A stretch of DNA of 64,000 nucleotides from Takakia lepidozioides (taxonomy: Eukaryota > Plantae > Bryophyta). The notes under the pieces were generated by a model, which was given only the letters and a program-made list of their open reading frames with translations, searched no databases and was not told where the DNA came from. Shown in pieces: positions 51,143 to 63,400 of the stretch. The DNA is taken from positions 66,588,001-66,652,000 of the forward strand of contig CM060733.1 in the NCBI GenBank assembly GCA_030704615.1. The letters are read 5' to 3'. Both the position numbers and the translations under genes were made by a program. Positions within the stretch are counted from its first letter, which is position 1. Every line of letters starts with the position of its first letter.

Positions 51143-51162
51143 ACCGTGAGGACACGGCTTTT

Positions 51163-51180
51163 TGAGGGGGGAAGGGGTAA
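51163..51180 (+). promoter_or_regulatory. Polypurine tract
   Basis: gaggggggaaggggtaa immediately before the 3' LTR. Confidence 0.92.
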
Positions 51181-52129
51181 TGTTAGAGGACTGTAGGGGA
51201 CTTAGACACTTATACGGGATCTGTAGGGTACCCTTAAATTTTGCACAGACTGAGACAAACAGGAACCTTAGGGGTGACAGCAGCGCACTGTAGAAGGGGG
51301 TTACATAGCCCACACAGCCGACACAGCAGACACAGCCCACACAGCCAACACAGCCCGTCACAGTCGTCACAGCCCACACAGCCGTCACAGTCGTCACAGC
51401 CCACACAGCCCACACAGCCCGTCACAGTCGTCACAGCAGACACAGCCCACACAGCCAGTCACAGCCCGACACAGCCAAACACAGCCAGTCACCGCTTGAC
51501 ACAGCTGTCACGATAATAGGGAACGAAGAGTAGGACAGGGAACGACTGTGGGGAACAACACCAGTGAAGGGAACATGTTAGTTCACATACGACGGTTAGA
51601 GAGGGAAACGGTTAGAACCGCGGATAGGAGGATAAAGGGAAGAACGGGGAATAGGAAGGGGATCATCATTATTCGGGGAGGACTTCGGAGACAGGCGGGA
51701 GCGGAGATCGGAGAGCACGATGAAGGAGAAAAGAGGATTAGTAGAAGCTTGTCATATGCAAAGCTAGAGTGATATTGTAGAGTAGATTAGAGACATAATG
51801 GATTCGGCCTGATACCTGATAAATCATAATCTGATACTTATACGATACAATCACACTGTGTAGAGAGATCTGAGTGAAGCTGTGGATTGAATGGAGGAGT
51901 TAAGGAAACCGATAAATTGATGAAGCAAACTGATACTTAATTATCAATGGTAAGGTAGCAAAGATGAATGCGGAAAAGGAAACAAATAGGAAACACCCCC
52001 ATGATACACTAGCTGTAGGTCATGACTGATTGTTCTGCGCGGGCTGAGTACTTAGAGATTTCCAACTCTTCTATCTTGGAGTTTCCGCCTCGGATAGCGA
52101 AGGGATGGGTGAGTAAAAGCCGCGCGACA
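51181..52129 (+). repeat. 3' LTR (949 bp)
   Basis: Direct repeat of 39058-40007. Confidence 0.97.
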
Positions 52130-52134
52130 ACCTC

Positions 52135-52995
52135 CTCCACAGGTTCGGGCATCACATGCACAACAGGGATTTCCTCGGTCAAACTCTGCATCTTTGGCAC
52201 CACTGGTTCCTTGACCAAGCCAGAGTTTTCATAGAGAAGGTCCCCCTTCTCAATTTCTGCCACTACCTGCTCTGTAGTGGGAATATCCAGCCCTTCTCCT
52301 TCCAGAGCAATAGGCTCTGGTGTAACAGCATGTACTATCTGAGTGACCCCCGGAACAATTGAGTCAACTGATTGTGGTGGCTGTGGTATTGAGGCAACTT
52401 CTTCCTCCCTCTCCACAGGCCGTGCTTCCAGTAACAACAGCCCTCTGTGCTGCTGTTCCCCATCCTGTACAAGAACTATGGAAACATCATCTTGTGGTTT
52501 CTTTGAAGCTAGTGGATCTGCCGCAGTCGTATCCCGCTTCTGCCTCTTGGACTGGTGCTGCCCCTCTAATCCACCTTCACCATGTGAAGAGCCCTGTTCC
52601 TCAATTGCAGTGGTTGCTATCTCAAACACTCCCATCTCCTTACGTTCTCATACATCAAGTATGCAAGAATCAAGGATAATTTGTGCAATTATTGGGCCAG
52701 ACACTATGATCGGAGACTTAGCTACAGTGCCCTGTAACCGCTTCATCTCTTCCACCAGACCATTGTACATCAACTCCGCCCATGCTACATCCTCTCCCCT
52801 CAAGGCTTTCAGTATCTCCTCCGTGAATGATCTGTTCATGTACTGTTGGTTCTGTTTCATGGCAAACAGAGACATTCAGTATTTGGCCAACTTCTCTTAG
52901 CCCTGGGTACTCAGCCTTGGTGCAGGTGTATCCTTGAGTTTTAAATAAACTCGTTTCTTGGAACAAATTGACCATTCGCAATCTTGCCCTGTGTT
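52135..52995 (-). pseudogene. Antisense family-A extra-ORF copy, proximal part
   Basis: RSFTEEILK, AKSPIIVSGPIIAQIIL, DIPTTEQVVAEIEKGDLLYE match 47960-51142. Confidence 0.92.
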
Positions 52996-53818
52996 GAGGT
53001 TTACTATTTCATGAGCAGAAACCATGAGCCATGAGCCATGAGCCGCATGAGCGGTGAGCCGAAGTCTAAGACACGCGGATTTCATGAGCGGACTCCTCCA
53101 AATTTGGAAATGCGGCAGATTAAACAAGTATTAAAATAATAGTTTTTTAAATTTGACCTTGCCGTTTTTGGAAGTTCCAGATCCTGTAATGCGGCGAAGA
53201 TATGTCGTCAGTAACAACTCCGCTCATGGTTTTTTAGATCCGCTCATGGAAATGAGTGACCGTGCAACGAGAAATCCAGTATATCACGGCAAAATGACGT
53301 CGTATACTGGCCTGTATAGAGTATTCCGCGGTTTTACATGCCTTAACATTGGAATGAAGCTGACCCTTTTGCCGCGATTGAACCAATAGAGTCTGCACAA
53401 TTCTGTCATCTTCGGGTATTCGGCGGGAAAGGTTTGCGACTCAACTGGGAGATGCGGTGCCGCATTAGGGTTCGCACGTGCGAAATTTCTGGGCGGTTTG
53501 GTGTTGGCGAAGGCCGCATCTACCAGTACCTACGACGTTACTTGGAAATGCGGCGCCGCATTTCCTTGCCGGGGGTCGAATGAGGAAAGCAAAGTTTGGG
53601 AGAGCAGAAAAACATGAACCCTCCAACACACAAAAATACATGCACGTGGAAACACGAGTGAATGACATAGTATTATCTTAGTTCGAGCAAAACAGGTTAC
53701 TGGTAGGCAAGACATAAGTCGGACCTTTCTGTGGCCAGAGTCAGAGCTACTTGCAGCAGTACAGTTCTACTATCCGAAAAGGATGGGCGTACCATAGTGT
53801 TGGGACCGCAAGCCAAGC

Positions 53819-55250
53819 TCACTGGTCCCCTGGATCCATATTCAGAAGAGTGTGCACCTCTTGGGGGCTCAACCCTGGTGCATGTATGAAGTGATGAGTT
53901 GTGGAATTACACCGGAATCTCTTTAGGTACACATAGTACAAATGCTTGCAAGGGCAATATGATGCCCCCTTGTTCGCCATGATCTGGAAGTCGGTGCAAT
54001 TGCAGGTGGGTAATTCTGAAATGGTGATGGTGTACACCTCATTGCAAACAGCTGAGCCTGCCGTGGCCATCTGATACACACGCCCGAAGCCTAGTGGGGG
54101 CACTTCTGTCGAGCTCTGGATTGTACAGTTCATCCGAAGTGCATTCCCTATCCTTGTCTCGTTCACTTTTGAGGGAGGTCGCCGCCTCTTTGGTTTCCCC
54201 CAACGATGTGTAGGATGCTTAGAGCTCTCGGGTCTCATTGTTCTTGCTCTCACAGGGGTCGGTGGTGGAGGCTGTGGAAGCGGAAATGGTTGTCTGGGGA
54301 CGTCAGTGCGCTACACCATCCAAAATCCTGCGGCGGTAAGGGCGTCGGCCTCAACCTGACGCAGATCGCAGCCTGGTTCCACCGGCCACACCGGGGGAGC
54401 CTCTGGCATTGTTTGTATGCCGTACTTGGGCTTTCCATACACGCAAGTCATAATGTCGTGCCCGCAGAACCAGAACTGGGTGGTTGTCGCCTCCGCAAAC
54501 TTTGCATGGACAAATCTTCCTGTAAAAGTAGGAGCAGGGACAGCCCCATCTGGATTCCTCCTTATCATCTCTAAACAACGTTGCCGTGTATCCACTTGAA
54601 TTGCGGAACACCTGCCTCGAAACGACGGCTTTGTGCGAGCAATTCTCCACTGTGACGCAGACATAGTCGTCTCCACAATGGCTTGGCCATACTGCATGAC
54701 AGCGGGCGGAATCTGGGGCAAGCGAGCGGTGGGAATTTCTCACACGGAATCCCCGCTTGAAGGCGATGGCGATATGGAATTTCTTGGGCTTCCACTGCTG
54801 GAAGACACATTGTGCGGCAACATGACGGGCCCTCGAGGTGCTGTCCGAATGTTCCTGTCGGATCTCCAGGAATCCTCTTCGCACCCGGGTTCCTCTTCAA
54901 TCCTCCGCCTCACAGGGCGAGTACGGACATCCCCCTCTAGGTGCTCACCTCTGCGGTGCATAGGCGTCCCTTTGATCTTCTCTCGCAATGTTGTCGCCCA
55001 TTTCAGTGGATTCTTCGACCTCGAAGCTGTTCGTACCAACAATTCCTCCGTGTCCGGCCCAAAGCCCCATTGTTTCCCGCTCAGGAACTTGTAGTACGTG
55101 GCTTGCTGCATGATTGCTCTGTCGATGTCCTCCGTTGTGGCCGTCACTACGTCCACCAGATGTGCGGCAGAAGACGCTCGCCAGGAGAAGTGCACTGATT
55201 CTGCCATATTCGTGTTCGGCATGTCCGTGTCGGAATCCAAGCACCGCTCC
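53819..55250 (-). pseudogene. MULE-like transposase, last exon only (catalytic E + SWIM)
   Basis: PNTNMAESVH; YTITISELPTCNCTDF..CPCKHLYY SWIM; paralog of 60488-61907. Confidence 0.85.
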
Positions 55251-55581
55251 TACAATACACAAACAATGGTGAGGGACCAATGGAAAGGTCCGTAATAGAA
55301 AGACAATTGCACGAAAATGACAGCATCATACCTCCCAAGTGGTGCATCACCGCCGTTTCATCTTTTTTTGTCGTGTCTACTCAGTCACCCTTCTCGCGCC
55401 CTTTCCATCTGCACTCTTCGCCCCTTTTCCCTGTCTCTGTTCTTCCTATGCTTGATCATGAGAGGGAGGGAGTGCATGCACCAGAGAAGAGACATCGTCG
55501 GAAGCTCCGAAAATTGTACTTCGGACGTAGGCCAATGCCAAAGGGGAGGAAGGCTCAGGTGGTGTCAAAGGTGGTGGCAAG

Positions 55582-56005
55582 ATGAAAGGAGTGTTTGACA
55601 ATATGGCAAAACAAAATCAGGTTTTGTGGGATGCAATGATTGCAGTATATGCCCAAAGTGATCATGGAAGGCAAATAGGTGAGTGGCATCAGCCCCAAAC
55701 ATACCTGGATCATTGGCACTATACAGGTGCTAATGGCCTTGAAGAGCGCACTTTTGACATTGTAACTGAAGGGGTTAAGGCTACACCAGCAGAGGTTATT
55801 CAGACAGGCAAGGGGCTGTCTGCAGAGTATGGAAATGGAGGGGTGAAGCCCAACCAGGTGACGTTCATGTGCATTTGCAATATATATTTGAACTTGACAG
55901 CCCTGGGGAAAGACAAAGTGGTCCCTACTGATGTCATTGGAGCTGAAGTTGTGCCAAGTATCAGCTTGGGCACTTCCCTCATTGACATGTATGCCAAGTG
56001 TGGGG
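55582..56005 (+). pseudogene. PLS-class pentatricopeptide repeat fragment
   Basis: VFDNM...VLWDAMIAVYAQ, GVKPNQVTFMC, LGTSLIDMYAKCG. Confidence 0.88.
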
Positions 56006-57714
56006 GTAACTCTCTTGCCTCCTGGCTAGCCTTATGTCTCGCCTGTTCTTTTGCCCTCTCACGGGCCTTCTGTTTCTTACTAGGGATAGCAGCAGGGGAG
56101 GCTTCCAGGACGACCACCTTTGATTGAGGCCAACTGACACCCTCGCGCGCCTTGCTCACTCCCCCCTCCGCAGCCCGTGACGGCTCTCTCGCCGGGGATT
56201 GCATGTGCTTGGCTTTCTTCTTCTTCTTTGCGTGGGCGGGCCCTACTGCATGTGCATCAACTTCCTCCATTGCCGGATCTGTTGTCCTCATCCGACGCCC
56301 TTCACCTGCCATGCCGCCTGCACCAACCTCCCCAATGCCTATTTTGTCGTACTCTTGCTGCAGGTCCTCCCGTCCACCAACAAAAGGATTTAGTTTGCCC
56401 TCTCACCCCAAGTTGGGCGATCCAAACATGCGATGAGAAGCGGCTTTTGGAGTGACTGCTCGAGCAGTTCGAGCTGTCGATGATACCACCAGCGTGTCGG
56501 GCTCGTCGTCACTCTGTCATCCCCAACAATTGTAAGAACCAACATCGCAACGAAATCCACCATCGCAACGAGCATCGCAACCACCATCGCAACAATCGTG
56601 GAAAAACAATGAAAACAAAACAAAACCAAGTATGGAGTGGCATGGAACAAGCATGAAAACAAACCCAAGCAATCCCTAATAATCACATGCAGAAGCAGCC
56701 TTTTCCAGAGCTGCCGGCTTTGCACACGCATTGCAAACTATCTAAGGTTCACTCAACCAGTAACTTGCAGAAATCAACATGAAAATTTAAGGACGATTTC
56801 GATAAGACGGGAAAAGAGGGTGAAATGTTTTGAAGGCACTTCATCTTCCCAGACAATCTTCTTAGCTCAGCATGGATTTCCATAATTATGGGATGCAACC
56901 TGTCATCTACAGCGAAGGTGTGCACCCTGTTGCAAATCTCAATGCAGCAACGACTTGGCTCTAACCCCTCTGACCTTCATCATTCTTCTCACCAACTCCT
57001 GCTTTTGCAACGACCTGGCTCCTTTCTAACCCCTCTGACCTTGATCATTCATCTCAGCAACTTGTGCTTTTGCGATGCCACCATGCACTTCTAGGGCTGC
57101 CAGGCTGAAGATGCCAAAACAAACAAACAAAAAGCGAGGAAGACCGCACATGTTACACAAAGCGAAAGAGGAAGAGGCTTGCCTGAGAGTGCTTGGCTTC
57201 AGTTGGCGCGGGTTGTGAGCAAGACAATGGGATCTCCTGCTGGAGCTTCAGTTTGGCCATGCGAGAGGTTGGACGCCGCCCGTAGTACAAAGGCTTCAGC
57301 TTCCGCCGTGGTCTGGGTGTGGGGTTTCTCTCAGGAGAGCCACGCCCTTCTCCACGCGACATAAGTCCCAGCAAAAGAAAAAATCTCCCAAGGTATGTGT
57401 GCGTACATGCCTGGAATGGAATTTCATCCAAGCGTCACATCAGGTGTCGAAGGCGTATCCGGGAAGCAAGCGCGGAATCCTTGTGGAACATCCGGTTCAA
57501 AATTGACGGCCTAAAACATTTAATGCGCAACTGCGCCATTAAATGTCGTAGGTATGGAGGTCAGCCATAGGCGCCGACATGCCCACCGTCCCCCCAAGAC
57601 TTCATCAGTCGCCCGCTGGATGGAAAAAACGGCGTCGAATTTCCATCCAGCGGATGAAGTAGGACGCAACGTGGCCCTCCCTCCGCCCGAGCCGTTCTCA
57701 TCCACGAGACGCCA

Positions 57715-58030
57715 GATGGAAAAGTCATCCTGCAAGTAATTCGGAGCGCGGCCGGATGGGAATCCGGCGCCGAATTTCCATCCTGCAGGTTATTCGGAGC
57801 GCGGCCGGATGGAAATCCAGCACCGAATTTCCATCCTGCAGGTAATTCGGAGAGTGGCCGGATGGAAATCCGGCGCCGAATTTCCATCCTGCAGGTAATT
57901 CGGAGCGGGGCCGGATGGAAATCCGGCGCCGAAATTCCAACCTGCAGGTAATTCGGAGCGAGGCCGGATGGAAATCTGGCGCCAAATTTCCATCCTGCAG
58001 GTAATTCGGAGCGAATTTCCATCCTGCAGG
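57715..58030. repeat. 53-bp tandem repeat (~5.5 copies) with internal palindrome
   Basis: ggatggaaat-ccggcgccga-atttccatcc-tgcaggtaattcggagcgcggcc. Confidence 0.95.
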
Positions 58031-58124
58031 CAAAAGAGTTCCAAGTTTAGTGTGTAACCAGTACAAAAAACGCGAAAAACTTGATGCAACGACTATAAAT
58101 TGTTGAAGAAGGGCCGATACGGGC

Positions 58125-58400
58125 TTCATCCAACGGGCCTCGGATGGAAATTCGGCGCCGTTTTTCCATCCGGGGGATGTTCTCTGTCGGCCAGGTGTCG
58201 GCCTCCCCCCCCCGAGAAGACTTCATCCGGCCGGCCTCAGATGGAAAAACGGCGCCGAATTTTCATCCGGGGGATGATCTCAGTCGGCCAGGTGTCGGCT
58301 TCTCACCCAGAGACGACTTCATCCAACGGGCCTCGGATGGAAAAACGGCGCCGAATTTCCATCCGGGAGATGATCTCAGTCGACCAAGTGTCGGCCTCTC
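58125..58400. repeat. ~95-bp tandem repeat (3 copies) sharing the gatggaaa..cggcgccg..tttccatc palindrome
   Basis: cttcatcc..cgggcctcggatggaaa at ~58124, ~58221 and ~58317. Confidence 0.85.
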
Positions 58401-58659
58401 CCCACCGAGACGGGGGTTGCTATTCCATGAGCTCATGAGCGGCGAGCTCATGAGCGGGCATGGCTAACCCATGAGCCGCAAAGTAACACACTTCGAATTT
58501 CGGCAGATTTTTTTCGGGCCAAAAACTATAAAATAATCAAAAATCGAAGATTTCCGCGCTCATGCTGGAAGCACTCCGCTCATGAGTACCAGTGTACGCT
58601 CATGACTTGGAGCCCAGGCTCATGGACCGCCAGGCCAGGTCATAGAATAACTGAATTCT

Positions 58660-59155
58660 GGGCAATAACGGCACCGAAATTATCCCAGAGGCAGAGACGC
58701 AAGCGGAATTAGGATCCGGGTTTGCAGACTCCGAAAACGCAATGGCGACCTATAACCGTGGATAGTACTATTGCAGAAGTGCAGGATGGTTGGGTATAAC
58801 GACGTCGTAATTGGGCACAGGAAAAGAAATAGCGGGCTGAAGGCTCGGGAGTGAAGCCAACAACGGTGAAAGTAGTTGGGCTCCGCCAACCAAATACCCG
58901 GCTGCATCCTCCGGAGTGCAGGCGATAACGGCGCCGAAATGGGCCCCGGAAACCAAATACTCGGCTCAAGCCACCGGAGTGCAGCCGATAACGGCGCCGA
59001 AATTGGGTCCGGAAACCAAATACCCGGCTGAAGGCTGGGGATTGCAACCAATAACGGCGCCGAAATTGACCTGCGGAAACAAAATTCTCGGCTGAAGCTT
59101 CCGCACTCCATGTAATAACGGCGCCGAAATTGGGCGTCGGAGAGCAAATACCCGC
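58660..59155. repeat. ~61-bp tandem repeat
   Basis: ataacggcgccgaaattggg..ggaaaccaaatac.cggct recurring at 58925, 58988, 59051 and 59115, with degenerate copies upstream. Confidence 0.88.
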
Positions 59156-59372
59156 CTTACGGTGAGGGAGGCCTTGCTCTCATTTTGCTCTTCACTCTTC
59201 TCTGTTGTGCCCATCTCCTCCCTGCTTTGAGTTCGTGCTGTGTCGTGAGGCCATGTCGTGCCCGAATCACATCTATCGACGCCAGACGGGAGTCATTTTC
59301 CCGAAAGCAGACGACATCATTGTCTTCTTGGATGTTTACAGGGACGATCCTTGACTTGTCCAGCTGAGAGCA

Positions 59373-59804
59373 ATGGAGTTTCTTGCAGGATTGCACGATT
59401 CTCCTGGACCCCGGCTGGGGAGCAGGTGGTTCCTACGCATCATGGACCTGGACTTTCCGCATGTGTGGGAGCCGAACAGATCACGCACAGCGTTGCTGTA
59501 TCGCTGGAATTGTTGCGAGTGGACGTATGATGAGTGCATAGGTGAAAACTTTACGCGTGCACGGACTGGCTCGGAAAGTGGGGACATTCTCTTCAGTTAT
59601 GAGGATGAGGAGGAGGGGAACACAGGGCCCGCTGTGAAAATGTCCTTCTACCAAGGGGGCGCTATCGATAAACACGACATCCTCGTTAGTTTCAACCGGG
59701 CGACAGAAACCACTGACATTTTGTTCAAATATAGGCACCCGGTCACTGAGGAGGTCCTTGAGAGGCCAGTTCGAGTTCCTTCTTCTTGGGCGAGGGGACC
59801 ATAG
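59373..59804 (+). CDS. Unknown 143-aa ORF convergent with the MULE transposase
   Basis: ATG-initiated, protein-like composition; no motif recognised. Confidence 0.35.
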   Translation: MEFLAGLHDSPGPRLGSRWFLRIMDLDFPHVWEPNRSRTALLYRWNCCEWTYDECIGENFTRARTGSESGDILFSYEDEEEGNTGPAVKMSFYQGGAIDKHDILVSFNRATETTDILFKYRHPVTEEVLERPVRVPSSWARGP

Positions 59805-60487
59805 GTCTTGCATGCTAGAGTAGACATGTTTCAACTCGCTGACACTCATGGCACATACATTTTCATTCAGAAATCAAGCAGCTTCCCTGTGCCATATGGG
59901 GAATATACATGCTTCGATAATCTTCTGTTAAGGTTTTTTGCAATTCACTGCCAGTATGTTGGGACGTGTCCTTTGTCGTATGGATTGCTGTTTGCACAAG
60001 GTGCAGTATGCAAATGCTGGAATGTGCAGTAGGACCCTTCCCACTGGGACACAGAACTAGCAATCTTGTAAAGGCATCACATTTGCAGAACAGTAACAAT
60101 GTATTTGTAGCAAATTGGAGTCTTCTCATAAAGGTGGACGAAAACGCCAGGATGGGCTGCCAAATCACTACAAATTGAAGGAAGAGCAGTAACAAGGAAG
60201 CACTATGCAGTACACAGACCATAAATGGCGCTGAAATAGGCCCAATGCCCGTTAATCTCCACACAATGTATGCTTTACTCGGATCCATTTGTAGACAACC
60301 AAAATAAAAAAAGCATGCGCATGCCATTCATGGCCCAAAAACCACATTCTCATGTATTGCGGCACCAAAATTCACCTGTAGCCATGGCGATGCGGCACCA
60401 CCAAGTGTATAATTCCTCACAAAAAAATAGGGTGCAAGAAGATGAATGTAATATAATTGCCACTTTCTCCTTCCCGAATGTGGAATG

Positions 60488-63400
60488 TCAAGCAGTCCGA
60501 CCAGTATCCTGCCGTAGGGCCTTGTGCAGCTCGTTGAAACTCAGTGTTGGAGCATGGATGAAGACGTCCACTGCGGATATGCAACTCATGCGCTTCATAA
60601 AAATGTAATAAAGGTGTTTGCAGGGGACGTATGCTGCATTCTTCGATTCCATAACAAGGAAGTCCTCACAGTTGCAAGCTGGGTACTGTGAAACCGTGAT
60701 TGCATACACGACACTGCACGCAGCAGACCCGGCTGTTGACAACTGAAATATGCGCCCCATCCCGGGGTGAGGAACATCCCTGCAACCTTGCACTATGCAA
60801 GGCATTGCAAGAGCGTTGGCCATCCTGGTGTCGTTCGCCTTTGTTGGTGGCCGCCGTCTTTTCAGTTTCCCCCACCGATGGGTGGGCCAAGCTGCGGGGT
60901 CACCCACCGGTATGCGGGGCGAAGAGCTTCTCGTGGGAGGAGGATGACGATTGGGAATTGGATTTCGTGGAACGTCTGTCCTCTCCACCAGTCGAAACCC
61001 TGCACTTCCTAGAGCGTCTGCCTCCTCCAGGGTAAGATCTGTACCACTTGCCACAGGTCAGACTGCCGGTGGTTTAGGCATGCCTTGTACACCATACTTG
61101 GGCTTGCCGAACACACACGACATGATGTCGTGCCTGCAGAACCAAAACTCCTTCAGTGTGGCCTCCACAAACTTTGCGCACACGAATCTCCCTGTGAAGC
61201 AAGGGGCAGGCACACCGCCCTGCGGGCTCCTCCGAATCATCTCATTGCATCTCTGGTTGGTGTCGACACGAACAACACAACATTTGCCACGAAATGTCGG
61301 ACGGGTCCGTGCAATTCTCCACTGCGAGGCCGACACATCTTGCTCCACGATTGGAATGCTGTATTGGGTAACGAAAACAGGAGCAACATGCCCATCCTCG
61401 GCATGTTGTCCCGAGTCTGGCAGCGATTCCATGGATGCTGCAGGAGAGGGGGTACGAGTCCTGAGGCGTGGGATGCAACATCGTTGCGCCCCGAGGTTGA
61501 GTGCGGATGTTCATATCTGATATCCATGAATCCCCATCCCCTCCGGGCATGTCCTCAATTCTTTTCTTCACCGGCCGGCTGCGGACATCGCCCTCCAGGC
61601 AGTTCCCCCGACTGTGTAATGGCGTTGACCTTATTGTTTCCCGCAATGCAGCAGTCCATTTTTTGGGATCGGTCGAACGATGCGCCGCCCTCATCAGCAT
61701 CTCCTGCCTGTCTGGTCCGATACCCCATTGCTTTCCTCCCAGAAACTGGTAGTAATGAGATTGTTGCATGATGGCCCTCACAATATCTTCTGCTGTTGCT
61801 GTCAACATGTCAACGAGATGTGCTGCAGAGGAAGCACGCCAGGAAGAGTGCACCGATTCGGCCATGTTCGTCGTCGGCATATCCGTGTCATCCTCCAAGC
61901 TCATGTCCTGTTGAAGGAAATTAGATATGTCACTGATTGTGGAGAATGTCCAAGCACAAAACAGAACAATTGTCAAGTACAGAAATGTGTTACCTGTCTC
62001 ATGTAGTCTCCAAACTGGCGGAATCTATAATGCCACCACGCAAGCCACGTTTGCAGTTCTGGCTGATCTTTCACATCCACTGCCCCTGAAGACACCCACC
62101 AGGCGCGTATGGTTGCAAACTCGGTCTCCGCCTCGTCGATGGAATTTGCATTTTTCCACGCTAGGCACATACTGATATGATCCTGCCGGTGGCGTGATGC
62201 CACGAACCTTTTCGTGTTTTGCGTCAAACTCTGCATGAAGTGGAACCCGCAAGATCTCTCCTTTCCTTCCATTGGAGTCTTTGGGTCGTCCCCATATACC
62301 CTCCTAACTGCAGCCCAGTTTGCCTGGGCATTGTCAGCCATGAAGCCCCTAAAATCGGGAGGGGACAACTTGGCTCTCGCCATTTGCTCATTAATTCCGC
62401 GCCACATATGCAACTCCGAATCTGTGTCTTCTCCCTTCATTTCGCAGATAGCAATGGTCATCAACTTTCTGCAATGTGGGTCGTATACATGTGCCCCCAT
62501 TGTCAACCAATCGTGGTTGGTAATTCGCCGGATGTGGTCGAACATGACCCAACAATTTGAAAGGTCTCCACTAGTCATCCGCTTCACCAAATCGACGCCG
62601 CTCCCCGGTCCGCACGTTGACATCTTAAATATGAAGCACCTGTCCGTCTCCGAGCCTTGACCAGGAAAGAAGCTGCCTTGGATGAAGTCGTAGCCGCATG
62701 TGCGCTTCACTTCCAAGATGGAGTGCATGTCTGATCCTCTTCCGATTCATTTCTTGTAGCTGACAATGTGGTTCCTGACATTGGGGCTGCACACATGGGA
62801 GACAGCTTCCAGCAGGTCCTTCATGTCCCCCTCGCCCAGCTTCTCTCTTGTGCTTCCGTCCTCCGACATTATTCTGCCAATTGCAATCCTATGTGCCGAT
62901 GCGAGCTATATCTGCTTTGGTTTTGCACCCGGCCTCAACCTCACCTCCTCCTTGATAATATCCTGAAAAGCGACTCTGCAATTGCCTCTGGCGAGGGGGT
63001 GCTCATGCTTTCCGATGTGAATGCATGCTCTGGTGCACGCTGGGCCGACGGTCCCGACGTAGTACTGCTTGGCGTTGCACACTGCCATGCACGTAGGGGC
63101 TGCGTTGCAATGGGCACACTTGAACGTCCCTGCAGGAACTCTACCTTGAGGCCAAAATGGGGTCGACGAATTGCCAATCCAGTCAGTCTCATTCCTGGTG
63201 CTTTGCTAGTGTAATGGTAACATGTGCTCGAGAAACATTTAAGATGCCCAGCACACAATACATATCTCACTCGAACTCCATCACCCAGGTTGGACGATGA
63301 AGTTTTGGTGACACACCAAGGGTGGCCGTCATGTTTCCTGTTCATTCCTGCGAGCATGCCGTCTGGGCCTGCGCCTGCCGGCACTGGAGGGAACTCGTAG

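Larger units (their letters stand above)
39058..52129 (+). mobile_element. Full-length non-chromoviral Ty3/Gypsy element (family A), 13.07 kb, TSD ACCTC
   Basis: TG..CA LTRs; acctc at 39053-39057 and 52130-52134; PBS, gag, pol, extra ORF and PPT present; no chromodomain or aRH seen. Confidence 0.97.
53003..58419 (-). mobile_element. MULE-like element copy 1 (internally deleted, with captured fragments)
   Basis: catgagc-rich end (53009-53250), 3' transposase exon, PPR fragment, palindromic tandem repeats at the other end; boundaries inferred. Confidence 0.55.

Noticed and set aside
52009-52129. ORF 52009-52635 C-terminus as a real protein end
   Set aside because: Read-through from the interrupted eORF into the inserted LTR
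57715-59155. CRISPR-like or coding interpretation of repetitive ORFs
   Set aside because: Whole units repeat in tandem with no unique spacers; the ORFs are by-products
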